Of a stretch of 64,000 bases of DNA, positions 13,317 through 26,033 are shown in pieces. The DNA is from the human T2T-CHM13v2.0 reference genome, Homo sapiens. Made by a program: the position numbers and the translations under genes. How positions within the stretch are numbered: position 1 is the stretch's first letter; each line of letters starts with the position of its first letter. The notes beneath the pieces were generated by a model that made no database searches, had not been told where the DNA came from, and saw only the letters and a list, made by a program, of their open reading frames with translations. The DNA lies in assembly GCF_009914755.1 (NCBI RefSeq), contig NC_060942.1. One strand, written 5' to 3'.

Positions 13317-13488
13317 CTCATATCAAGCCCCTAAAGTCCTCAGGCATTTTTTGATTAGAGTCTTTTTTTTTTTTTTACTATAATTTTATGGACATAAACT
13401 AGAACATAAGTTTAGTTTCCAGAAGTATCCCAGATCATTAAGGCGTGTTCAACATCAATGCTTACATTTATTAGTAGGGGTATTAAGA
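13317..13488 (+). repeat. unique segment duplicated at 15392-15563 (donor copy)
   Basis: ctcatatcaagcccctaaagtcctcaggcatt...gtagggg tattaaga recurs in the same orientation inside the MER4 LTR. Confidence 0.92.
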
Positions 13489-13729
13489 ATGGAATTGCAT
13501 ATTCATTTCACATGGCTGAGAAAGAACTCAGTCACAAGAAATTTAGGTTATGACGTTTGTTTTTCTGTTTCAACTCTCTATTGGCATTTTGCTCTTTGAT
13601 TCCTGCTGCTAATTCTATTCTAGGCCTGCAAGATTATTCTGTGCCCATCCCATTTATGGACTGCAAACTTACTTGATTCCTGATAGCAGAGTTGAGATAT
13701 AGGTAAAAGCCATTTTCAAAATGAGCTTT

Positions 13730-14030
13730 ATTAAATATTAAATAATATAATATCAAATATATTTTATGACATTCTTATGCATTTGTTTATATATAATATA
13801 AATGTACACAAGTATATTTTAATATATTTGTGTATGTATATTTTATAAATATAAATATTGTTTTGTATATTATAAAAGATACATATAAATATGTATAAAT
13901 ATAAACGGATAAATTTATATATGTATATAAATTTATATATGTTGAAATAAATTATATACATATAAATATATTTCATAATATACATGTTAAGTGTATCAAA
14001 TAAGAAATACAGAAAATAGAAATACATGAT
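13730..14030. repeat. (TA)-rich low-complexity tract
   Basis: Direct reading. Confidence 0.85.
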
Positions 14031-14104
14031 AGCATTTTCCTATCAGAATGAGTAAGAAGTAATTTATCTTAATGTAAAAGGTAGGATTTAGAGTAGATTA
14101 TGAT

Positions 14105-14307
14105 TCTGTCAATTAAAGAACACATGACTTTGGACAATTTGGTTAACTCTGTATGCCTGTTTTCCTTTGTCATTAGAAATAACCATCTTTTTAGTGACGG
14201 ACTACTTTTTATCATTAGAAAGTATTATAGAGCTGTGGTGAGGACTGCTATAATAATTAATTTAAAGCCCCTACCTTAGTTCCTGGTATATGCATAATAA
14301 TAATTAT
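14105..14307 (+). mobile_element. MIR SINE
   Basis: tgactttggacaatttggttaactctgtatgcctgttttcc..agagctgtggtgagga..cctggtata. Confidence 0.6.
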
Positions 14308-15786
<1,479 letters not shown>

Positions 15787-15889
15787 ATTACTGTATTGGT
15801 AGGAGACTGACAAGAATGTGAAGAGCTCAGAAACTGATGAACTAAAATGACAGAAACAAAGACATTGAATAAATATGGCTAAACCTTGG

Positions 15890-16090
15890 GGCTAACTTTT
15901 CAATAAGCAAAGCCATCATACATGGAAATGGTTTTTATAATACAGTGGGTAGCCAATAGCTGGAAGGGTTTAGGTAGGGGCATTATTATGATTGTGGGAA
16001 GTGGAACTACAGAGAAAATTCTTTTAATCAGGTGGATAGATTAGTAAGATGACATTTTGAGATTCCTTTCAAGCCCAATATTATTTGATT
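15890..16090 (+). mobile_element. L3/CR1 3' end remnant
   Basis: agatgacattttgagattcctttcaagcccaatattatttgatt resembles the CR1/L3 terminus. Confidence 0.45.
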
Positions 16091-16929
16091 TTAAAGCTGA
16101 GATCCTCACTACCTGGGGTAACAGTTAAGTCTCTTAGTGATTGGTGTCAGCGTGTGATTGAATGTAACATCCTCTCAGAGTCTTAATGGAGAACAGATTT
16201 AACCAGAGTTGGGGAGAGCTCAGTGGAGCTGGGGGATTACTCCACAGAGTAACCAAGATGAAGGTATCCATCAGAAGGAGGCCCTTCGTTCCTTAGAGAG
16301 GGGTGGTAAAAGTTGCTGAAAACTAACTTTGCCTAATTTGCTTGGGTGAGCCTTTGTTTTGTCCCAGTTACATTTAATTAGAATATCTAAATTAGTCATG
16401 GTGCTTGAGAAATCTCAGCTTTTGAAATATAATCGTTGGTAAGTGTTGTCTCTATACGCTATTTCCTATCTCCTAGTAGCCCTTTATTTTTTTCTCTTTG
16501 CTGAAAGAGAATCTGCTATTTTAGCAATTTGATGAGATTTTCAAATTTCAGAAGGTTATGGAAGTTCAGGAATCTGTAATTTAGATTGAGAAAGTGCAAG
16601 GAGAACAGGCAGTTGAGTTTTCTCACATTTAGGGTCAGTTCGCTTTATGGTGATTGCAAAATGAAGACTGGTTTTGAAGCAGCCACCAGGGCCCTCTGTG
16701 GAATTCTGAGTAGACCTCGTTCAATAAAAGCCAGCTAAGTCCATTGGGACTCTTAGGCAATCTATTATTTGTCCATAGATGAAAGTTGGTGGACAGTTAG
16801 CTGTGGACTAACTTTAAGGTGAGTCTACTCACATTTGAAAGGGAGTACTGGGCATATTTATTGAGCACCTATTATGATATTATGTGCTAGTTCAAAAAGA
16901 CACTTTGGTGTGAAAGTTTCCTTATTAAA

Positions 16930-17425
16930 ATTTTATTTGATTGTTAGTAGTGGTATTACATAACATAACATAAAATTTACCATCTTTAAATTTTTTAAGT
17001 GTACAGCTCAATATTGTTAAGTACATTTGCGTAGTTGTGTAACCAATTTCCGGAACTCTTTTCCATCTTGAAAAATGAATATTCTATAAGCATTAAACAG
17101 TAACTCCCAATTTCCTACCCCCGACCAGGCCCTAGCAAGCACCACTCTATTTTTTGTCTTTATGAATTTGTCTACTCTAAGTACTTCGTATGCATGGAAT
17201 CATACAGTATTTGCCTTTTTGACTAGTTTCCCTTGGTGTCATGTCCTCAGGGTTCATCCATGTTGCTGCATGTGTCAGAATTTCTTTCCGTCTTCAGGCT
17301 GAATAGTACTCCGTTGTATGTATATACCACATTTGGTCTATTCATTTGTCTGTCGATGGACACGTAGACTGCTTCTTCCTTTTGGCAACTGTGATAACCC
17401 TGCTATGGACATGGATGTGCAAATA
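16930..17425 (-). mobile_element. L1MB 3' end fragment
   Basis: cataaaatttaccatc..aagtgtacagctca..gcaagcaccactct..ggaatcatacagtatttg..ggttcatccatgttg: L1MB 3' UTR. Confidence 0.85.
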
Positions 17426-17659
17426 ACAAGGTTAGTCTTAGACACACGTGGACAGAAAAGCTTATTGTGCAATTTCATAAAAAGAACATGAAAAGAACTT
17501 TCATGAAACACCACTGATGGGACTTTTCGTAAGATGTCTTATTTCACTCAATCCCCACCTCAACTTTAAGAGGTAGTGTGTTAGTCTTATGAGAGGAAGC
17601 AGTTTGTGTGTGTGTTTGTGTATGTGTGTGCACACGTGTGTTTTTTGGGGGAGTGATAA

Positions 17660-17860
17660 ATAGTATCTTGAGTCACATTGCCTGGATTTCCATTTCATCT
17701 CCACTACTTACCATCTGTGTGAACTTAGGAAAATTACTTAACTTCTGTGTCTCAGTTTTCTCATGGGAATGATAACTGTTTAGAGTATTAAATCAGCTTA
17801 TGCATGTAAATATTTCAAAACAGTATCTATACTAAGCACTCATTGATATTCATTATTATT
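17660..17860 (+). mobile_element. MIR SINE
   Basis: gagtcacattgcctggatt..ccactacttacc.tctgtgtgaacttaggaaaattacttaacttctgtgtctcagttttctcat. Confidence 0.75.
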
Positions 17861-19264
17861 ATGAGATTTCCTTCCTTCTTGTCTTCCTTCCTCTTTCCCC
17901 CACTAATTCTCTCCCTCTCTCTTTTGCTTTTTTTCTTGTACAAGTGAAGAACTTGAAGCCTAAATGACATGGTTTGGTGAAGATCATGTAGTTATTGATT
18001 GACAAAACCAGGATTTGAATTAAGCTTTTATGAGTCTAATGAGAAAGCTCTTTCTGGAATTTCATTGCTCCTTCTCCTGGTTAACAAATAATAAAGCTCA
18101 CTTTGAAATCCAAATTATTGCGTGTGGACTTAATTAATTGGTATGTTATTTAGTAAATGTTTATTGAGTATCTACTATGTGTCAGTCACTATGTTAAGTA
18201 TAGGGAATGCCTTTGTAGACTAGGAAAAAGCAAGCGAATATCTTAAATAATAGGGTGTAAGAAAGAAAAATAAATCAAGTAAGAAGCAATTCCAGAAATA
18301 TATGAGATTTAAAAGAGTTAAAAGCCCCTTATTATAGGGAAAGTCTTACTAAGTTTTAGGTAATTGTTATAAGAGCTGGTTTTCCTTGCATCACAAAAAC
18401 ACATCTGTGTATTTTGATCTTGTTTCCATTCTTACCACCTCCTCCCCTCAACTCAACACTACTTCAATGTTTGAAAGAAAATAATTTGCACAATCATTGC
18501 TTCTGGTTGCTCAGAGCTTTGTCTCATGGTGAGAGGTGATAAATGGAGAACAGTGAGAAGGAAAACAATTCTTTTCTAAACTTTGCTCTTCCCTTAACCC
18601 TTCAATGCCCAACGCTGCTTAATTCACCAACTAGCACCTACCCTACTAACTTAAATTCCCAGGGCAAATCCCCAAAGCCTCACTTTATTTGTATTTTCTT
18701 TACTAAGCAAGGAGCTTGCCAGCTTGAGGTGCCTGTGTGATATGTAAATGATGCCCTGAATTGTTTTTTATATTCCACTTGGCACTGGAAAGGCAGTTTC
18801 AGGACTGTCATCTTTGCTGAAAGATATCAAACCTCATATGTCAAGGAAGATTCTCAATTTTAATTCCAAAAAGCTGGATATTTGCTTCCTAGCTCTGCTG
18901 ATTTACATCAGTTTGTTTGATTTATCTGCAATGATGTAAAGGCCGCTGCTGCTTTTTTCACCTTACAGAATCTGAGGTTAATGAGTCTTCAAGGACATAA
19001 GTACTTGAAGATGTTCTGTGTGTAGTTGAAGCTGTGGAAGCTCAAGTGCATAGAACACTAATGTAGCAAATTTGGTGATGGGAACTTGGTGGGGACATGC
19101 CTGGTAAGGTAAAATGAAGAAGTTAACAGCTTCATCTCTCTTTTCTACTGAAGTCTGGAGGGAGAGCTCTGCTATACAGAACTCTAAATCAGAAAATGTC
19201 CTCCCTTGTGAAAAAGGGAACCCCAATCTGGGTTAGGGTCCCGAGAAATTCTCTTGCAGATGTG

Positions 19265-19675
19265 ATTCCTGGGCTGTCTTAGCCTAGTTCCCATGCCTGG
19301 GACCCAATCGTGCTTTTTGGCCTTTGCAAACATGGAGTCCCACACTTTTTAGGAAGATGATCTTGGAAAAGGAAAGGCAGTCCAAGTTGGACCTGCTGCA
19401 GGAAGGCTATAATGACTCCCATCTCTCTTGAAACTCCCTATATGCATAGGCTACATATACATAGGCTAATCTTTCCAGATATAATAATTCCTCATGACAG
19501 GAATTCCTGGGCTACCTTAGCCTGGTTCCCATGCCCGGGACCCATTTGTGCTGGTTGGCCTTTGCAACCATGGAGTCCCACACTCTTTAGGAAGATGATC
19601 TTGGAAAAGGAAAGGCACTCCAAATTGGACCTGCTGCAGGAAGGCTGTAATGACTCCCATCGCTCTTGAAACTCC
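19265..19675 (+). repeat. 173-bp direct duplication (19265-19437 / 19503-19675) with 65-bp spacer
   Basis: Ungapped alignment by eye, ~14 mismatches. Confidence 0.95.
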
Positions 19676-20147
19676 TTTTAGACTTCTCCTTTCCAAAGTG
19701 GGGCATGTGGTTGGTACCCAAATAACTTTCAATTCTCAATAAACTGGGCCTAAACAGTTGCATCTCCTACTAGGCCTTTTCCTTGTCTCAGAACTGCATC
19801 TGGCTTTTGCCTTTGCACCAGTCACTGAGGACTTATTTAACTACAACTTTGAGGTCATCAGACCAAGGGCAATGTTCTTTAAAAGCTTTCTTGAAAGTTC
19901 CTCTGAGGCTGCTGTGAAGAATCTCTTCTTGCAACACACATTGACCTATCTCGTCTGGCACATACATTATATGGGGAATACAGGCACTCTTTGTGTAGCT
20001 GTCTGGTGGTGTAAGGGCCTGTAGTGAAAACCTTCTAAATCCACTAAAATTAGGGGCAATGTCTTTACACCTCTAAGAGAGTTTCTTAGATGGAGAAGAC
20101 AAACACTCATGATGTGGCATTAAGGCGACAAAATATGTAAAAGGTCT

Positions 20148-20552
20148 TGTATTAGTCTGTTCTCTCATTGCTACAAAGAAATACCTGAGACTGGGTAATT
20201 TATAATGAAAAGAGGTTTAATTGGCTTACGGTTCCTTAGGGTGTACAGGGAGCATGGCAGCATCTGCTTCTGGAGGGGCCTCAGGTAACTTTCACTCATG
20301 GCAGAAGGCAAAGTGGGAGAAGGTAACTTGCATGACAGGGGCAGGACCAAGAAAGAGGAGGCAGATGCTGCATACTTTTAAACAAACAGATCTTGTAAGA
20401 ACTCTATCACTAGAACAGCACTAGGGAGATGGTACTAAACCATTAGAAGCCTCGCCCATGATCCAATCATCTCCCACCAGGCCCCACTTCCAGCATTGGG
20501 GATTACATTTCAACATGAGATTGGGGTGGGGACACAGATCCAACCCATATCA
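20148..20552 (-). mobile_element. MSTA MaLR solo LTR
   Basis: tgtattagtc...aagaaatacctgagactgggtaattt...gacacagatccaacccatatca; perfect 5-bp TSD ggtct (20143, 20553). Confidence 0.92.
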
Positions 20553-21071
20553 GGTCTCTAATATCAGAGAGACTAACATCTCGCATTGCAGGTGTCGTCC
20601 TTGCCTACCTCTAATTGTGTGAATCTTTCCTTAGAGCTGTTGGTGATGTTGCAAGACTGCTTGGGGATATTGCCACAGGGTCTTTCACCATGGTTAACTG
20701 TTTCCAATGGTGGCCTTGTACATGGATAGAACAGACAAGAGATCTTGGGGCAAATGTGGTGAACCACTTATCTCCAACACATATAAAAGATTATTTTCAT
20801 AAATACCATATATTACATGTTGATAGCAGGCTTGTGGGTGCACATTGATTATATATACCCCCTCTGTGTCTCAGAAGATCCTTAAAATAAAAATTAGCAG
20901 GACTAACATTTTTTAAAAATTATATCATTCAAAACATTGGTAATTGAACAATTTTAAAACATTTTCTGAATTCTTCACAGATGAATGTGATTTCACTATA
21001 ATTGTTGAGAAATATTGGTGAGAGGAACACTTATTTTTCTTCTAAGAGCCAAGAATTAGGACATAGATTTG

Positions 21072-21074
<3 letters not shown>

Positions 21075-21106
<32 letters not shown>
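21075..21106. repeat. (TG)n microsatellite, ~16 units
   Basis: Direct reading; abuts the Alu tail. Confidence 0.95.
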
Positions 21107-21107
<1 letters not shown>

Positions 21108-21117
21108 CATTTAGGTG

Positions 21118-21420
21118 TTTTTTGTTTGTTTTTTGAGATGGCATCTCACTCTGTTACCCAGGCTGGAGCATAGTGGCACAATCTCAGCTCCTCAGCTCAC
21201 TGCACTTCCGCCTCCCAGGTTCAAGTGATTCTCCTGCCTCAGCCTCCCAAGTAGCTGGGATTACAGGCACCCGTCCCCACACCTGGCTAATTTTTGTATT
21301 TTTAGTAGAGATGGGGGTTTCACTATGTTGGCTAGGCTGGTGAACTCCTGACCTCAAGTGATCTACCTGCCTCGGCCTCTCAGAATGCTGGGATTACAGG
21401 CCTGAACCACTGTGCCTGGC
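21118..21420 (-). mobile_element. Alu (AluSz-like)
   Basis: Reverse Alu, cctgacctcaagtgat; small internal duplication ctcagctc. Confidence 0.93.
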
Positions 21421-23069
21421 TGGTATGTTGTTTTCAAAGTTAGGAACAAATGCTAGGTGGGAGTATAGTCCAACTGAATTTAATATATATAGACGTGCTC
21501 TAGAATTGATGGTCACTCTGGTCTTCTTGCATTGGTATCCGGACATACAAAAATAAAACTCTTCAATCTGGAAAACAGAATATTTATAGCTGTAGTTGCA
21601 TCCAGAGGGGCTGCTGCTGTTTAAGATTTTAGCCTCAAATTCAAAGTTAATATGAAGTCATTTCAAAAAAAGAACTGCTGTGAAGATCCGCTGCACTCCC
21701 AGGTGGTCATTTCTAAAAAGCCAGCAGCAATGCTGCTTTAAGACTGTGCTTCAGGAACTCATGAGTTATTTCTTCCCTCCCCTGCTGGTGGAGGCTGTAG
21801 AATGCCCAGTGGGTCCTCTGTTTGGACAGCGGAGAATGGTTGCTCTGAAAAGAGCTATGAGAGCCACATGCACTCCTGGGCTGGGGTTGGTCACCGGGAA
21901 TCACTGTCCAGCGTTTAGTGCCATTTGTAGGCAACACCAGGAAATCAAGAACACATAGTTGTTCCTTATGGGGTTTATCCTCTGTGGTTTATTTAACTAC
22001 ATCATAGATAAATAGCTGGATAGATACACACACAAAACACACACACATACATATGTATGTATATACATGATTTAGTCAAAAACATAATATGTAGTTGAGC
22101 TAAATTATATAATTATATATAACATATATAATGATTTTGTATATATTATATATTATTTAAAATGATTGTACACATATTATTTTTCAGCTTGACCATTATA
22201 GAGACCCAAACTGAACTCAGTGCTTTATCAGTTGTCTGACCAATGACCAATACTTTCTTTCAAAGCAGTACTTCTGTTGTTGCAGCCAAGCCTCATATTT
22301 GTTTAAAAATAATAGTACCATATTACTGATGCCAACTGGGATTCTATATGAGTTCTGGGTCTTATACAATATATTCACAATTTTACACCATCCTTAGGAT
22401 TCTCTGATATAAATATCTTACTCTTTCTTTGACAAACACTTCGTATATAGCAAACAATTTGTACATATAACTTGACAAGTTAACACTTAAGGAGCCAAAG
22501 AGTAAGGATTCACTTGGCTTAGCCTGCCTGATGTCCAGTTGTAAGTTATACCTTCTAATTTCCCTGATTTATCACCAAGGTAATCAGCAAATGTCTACCA
22601 CCATAACAAAGTGTTAGCCTCATGCTGTCAACTACCTAGAGCAATAAAGGAAGGACTGAGATCATTTATTGAGAAAGCAGGTATCAGATGGAGCTGGAGT
22701 AACTAAAAAAGTTCATGACAAGCAAGCCCCAGGTGATCAGAAGGGGTGAAGCTTCTGAGCAAATTTGATAGAGAAAAATGAGAGTATTCACTCAGTAAGC
22801 CTTGCACCCAAATGGCCTTTGCGAACTCCCAGAAACTTTACAGTTAGGACTGAATTTATTGCTATAAGCATAGAAGGTGGAGTGAATGATATTATTTGCA
22901 TATTTAAAAAGGATAAAGCCAGAAACCTGTAACCTTTGTCATAGATATTTGGTTTATGAGGTGACGTGGCTGGAATAAGATGCTGGACACTCACTGGCTT
23001 TATCTAAAGATTATATGGCCAGTGACTTGGCAAGAAAAGTAAAAACATACCTATAGCAGATGTTAAAAA

Positions 23070-23495
23070 AAAAAACTCAAATGCCTGCAGTGGCCAGCAG
23101 GCCATATAAGTGTATAAACTGAATCAGGTCTATAAAAAGCAACAGCAGAAGCTTGATAATAAATGGATGCTGGCCTCAGCCTCAGTAGGAAGGTGGTAGT
23201 AGCTAGTATTGAGGACCCCCTGGAGTGCACAGCCCTCCTCCTCCTTCTAAAGGGGCAGCTTCTCCAACAGAGTGGTCCCTTGCGGGAAAGAAAACCTGTC
23301 ATGGCTAGCCATTTAAACTTTTCAGTTGAGCCAAAAATCCAGATTTTTATGTGATTTATCAATAATTATCAGTTGTTGTCAACTGATTTAATTTTAAAAA
23401 AGAGAGAAAAAAGAAAAAAACAGTTAAAAAAAAAAAAGCTATGAAAAATATGCCCCATGGGAAGAGCATATAACTCTTCGGTCATTTGCACTTGG
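23070..23495 (+). mobile_element. MER102-like hAT DNA transposon relic
   Basis: aaactcaaatgcctgcagtggccagcagg..tctaaaggggcagc..aaatccagatttttatgtga..gttgtcaactgatt matches the recalled MER102 motif order. Confidence 0.55.
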
Positions 23496-23882
23496 CTTCC
23501 GGGGATCCAGATTGCCCTCTCGATCAGAGCGAGCACACGTGCATCCTCCAGGCCCAGGTAAGGCTGAGTGAGAAGAACTAGAGAGCCAAACAGTGGCAAG
23601 ATGTGGCTGGGTATTTGAAGGAGAATTAATAGGCATTGGAATTGAACATTGCCCCTATATAATTTTCTTTAGATCTAGCCCAGATGGCTATAGATTACTA
23701 TATTAATAAACTAAATAAACCATGAAAGTCAATCATTTCCAACCATCTACACTGCCACTTAAATGCTCAAGGAGAAAACAAATTTTGAGCTGGGAGTAAA
23801 GGTGAGTGATCACTTACTGGGTATGAACACCTTCATTCCTTTTATCAGAGCATTTGTCTAGCAATAAAGAGAATGCTTTTCC

Positions 23883-24084
23883 TTTTTTTTTTAAGTTTAG
23901 GGGTACATATGTAGGGTTGTTGTATATGTAAAGTTGTGTCATGGGGTTATGTTGTATAGATTGTTTTGTCACCCAGGTGTTAAGCCTAGTACCCATTACT
24001 TATTTTTCCTGATCCTCTCCTTCCTCCCACCCTCCACTCTCCAGTAGCCCCTGTGTCTGCTGTTCTCCTCTATGTGTTCTTGTG
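23883..24084 (-). mobile_element. L1PA15/16-like 3' end
   Basis: ttttgtcacccaggtgttaagcctagtaccca..cctgatcctctcc; TSD aagagaatgctt at 23867 and 24085. Confidence 0.88.
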
Positions 24085-25571
24085 AAGAGAATGCTTCTCT
24101 AGCACGAGTTCAATATGATGTAAGTTCTGCTGCCCATTATTGATAAAACTGTTTTTCTTTAAAGAGTATCCAGAGATACCTTTTGGTTTAATTTGTCTCT
24201 CTTGTATCTTGCTTTTCTCTCTAACTCTGGCTACCCTCACTTCAAGCTGGGAATTTGAACTGGATCGGCTGAATACTTTATCAGTAGGAAGAAAACTCTC
24301 TTTACAGACTGAAAATCATTCTGCACAGAAGCACATATGCGCATACTCACACACACACAGATGCCTTCAAGTGAGGATGCCTGAAGTAATTAAAGGTAAT
24401 GTGTATCAAGCGTTAATTACAAAATCACTGTGCTCTTCTGAATTGTACACAATTATCAGAGAAGCAGCACAAATATCATCATGCCACAAGGCTGCATTTC
24501 CTACCATGAGCTTTAACAATTTATTTTCAGAACTTCACTTATCCATTAGTTATGCATGCATCTCTACACATTCCCTATATGCCTGGATTATTAGGTATAC
24601 GCCATATCATGAAGGCTGTGAAAGTGATTACAAGAAAGTCAAAGATACCCAGATAGGATCTTTCCTCAGAACCATTTACTTATGCACATTCACCCACATT
24701 TGTAAACATAATATTGCAGCAAAAGGCTTGGGCTCCAGTCATTCAGAGTAGCCACACTGCCCAGGAATATATAACTTTATGTACTTTTTTTTTTATCATG
24801 GAACATAAGGGACTATTCATTCTGTAAATCCAGATCTTGTAATTTCAGTGTCTGATATAAGTCAGACTACTGGAAAGAAAGAAATTTAATTAAAATTAGA
24901 AAGGAAAAAAAAAAACCTTTTATGATTCTTCCAGTCCTACATTTTTTATTATCAGATGCTTTGGCACTGTTCCAGGTGCTAGAAGGATGAGTGACACTGA
25001 CAATCTGAAACATTTGTTAGTGAATTGATAGATGTTTGAAGTACATCTCCATTGCTGAAGAAAGGATCCTGAATCTGGGATCTCAACCTAAAATGGATAC
25101 ACCTTCCTGGCCTCTATCTAAACTTTCAGGGCTGTTTCACAGGGAACTAAATAATAAATATTTAATAAATGATTGTGTTTGGCATAACTGGATTGAGTGT
25201 CCTCAAAGAAAACTAATATTTTAGGATCTAGGAAATATACAACAGCAGAAATGGAAATAGAAAATACTACATATAATTTAAAAAGACAAGAATATTTGAG
25301 GTTTTGAATGGCTCTTGGATACTTGTCATCTGACCTAAAGCTTCCACATAATTATTGTTAGGTATTCATTGCAACAGATTTCACATGTACAAAACATCTT
25401 TATAGGTAAATACAAAAAAGTGAAACTCAGTGTTTACTGGTATTCCACCCCAGTGGCTCTCAAACTGTATGTGCATCAGAATCATCTGAAAGCCTTATTT
25501 AAGCACCACTAATCTTTGGGTTCTACCTCCACAATTTCTGATTCAATAGGTCTGGGGTGGCATAGAGAATT

Positions 25572-26033
25572 TCAATTTTGGGGGGAGGTTCCAAGATAGC
25601 CAAATAGGAACAGCTCCAGACTACAGCTCCCAGGGTGAGTAACGCAGAAGATGGGTGATTTCTGCATTTCCAACTGAGGTAACAGGTTCATCTCACTGGG
25701 TCTTGTCAGACAGTGGGTGCAGGAGAGTGGGTGCAGCCCACAGACTATGAGCCGAAGCAGGGCGAGGCATCGCCTCACCTGGGAAGCGCAAGGGGTCAGG
25801 GAATTCCCTTTCCTAGCCAAGGGAAGCTGTGACAGACGGCACCTGGAAAATTGGGTCACTCCAACCCTGATACTGCACTTTTCCAAGAGTCTTAGCAAAG
25901 GGCACACCAGGAGGTTATATCCCGCACCTGGCTCGGAGGGTCCCATGCCCACAGAGCCTTGCTCACTGCTAGCACAGCAGTCTGAGATCGAACTGCAAGG
26001 TGGCAGTGGGGCTGGGGGAGGGGCACCCGCCAT
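25572..26033 (-). CDS. L1 ORF0 frame (antisense 5' UTR ORF), open for 153 codons; translation unproven
   Basis: MAGAPPPAPLPPCSSISDCCASSEQGSVGMGPSEPGAGY... is homologous to L1HS ORF0 (MAGAPPPASLPPCSLISDCCAS...); ATG in gcaATGg context. Confidence 0.5.
   Translation of the reverse strand: MAGAPPPAPLPPCSSISDCCASSEQGSVGMGPSEPGAGYNLLVCPLLRLLEKCSIRVGVTQFSRCRLSQLPLARKGNSLTPCASQVRRCLALLRLIVCGLHPLSCTHCLTRPSEMNLLPQLEMQKSPIFCVTHPGSCSLELFLFGYLGTSPQN

Larger units (their letters stand above)
18700..20875 (-). pseudogene. decayed intronless VWA3A/VWA3B-like (two VWA domain) coding fossil
   Basis: Frame-hopping minus-strand translation gives, in order: INVHPQACYQH, YGIYENNLLYVLEISGSPHL, WKQL, SCNI, DLEG..PPDS, VNVC, AFKE..SDDL, FGKEKSK-GVSRAMG, WSAFP, HKWVP, SAREFLGTL, ELSL..KRDEAVNFF, YVLEDS. 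These are collinear with VWA3A as I recall it. Many stops and frameshifts; not verified by alignment. Confidence 0.55.

Noticed and set aside
13764-14027. Tyr/Ile-rich ORF
   Set aside because: Translation of (TA)n low-complexity DNA.
19471-19486. 16-mer ctttccagatataata in the duplication filler also present at 35023-35038
   Set aside because: A single short AT-rich match 15 kb away with no extension; cannot be told from chance.
19700-20770. RTE/L4 LINE endonuclease or protein-kinase reading of the coding fossil
   Set aside because: A few loose motifs (SACIP..PDEI, RCNCLG, GTF..VVVK) fit locally, but the VWA3-like reading explains many more motifs in order over the whole segment. Not formally excluded without a search.
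24140-24751. 203-aa ORF
   Set aside because: Starts at TTG, runs through a CA-rich tract, and has no recognisable domain or clear splice context; probably a chance ORF.
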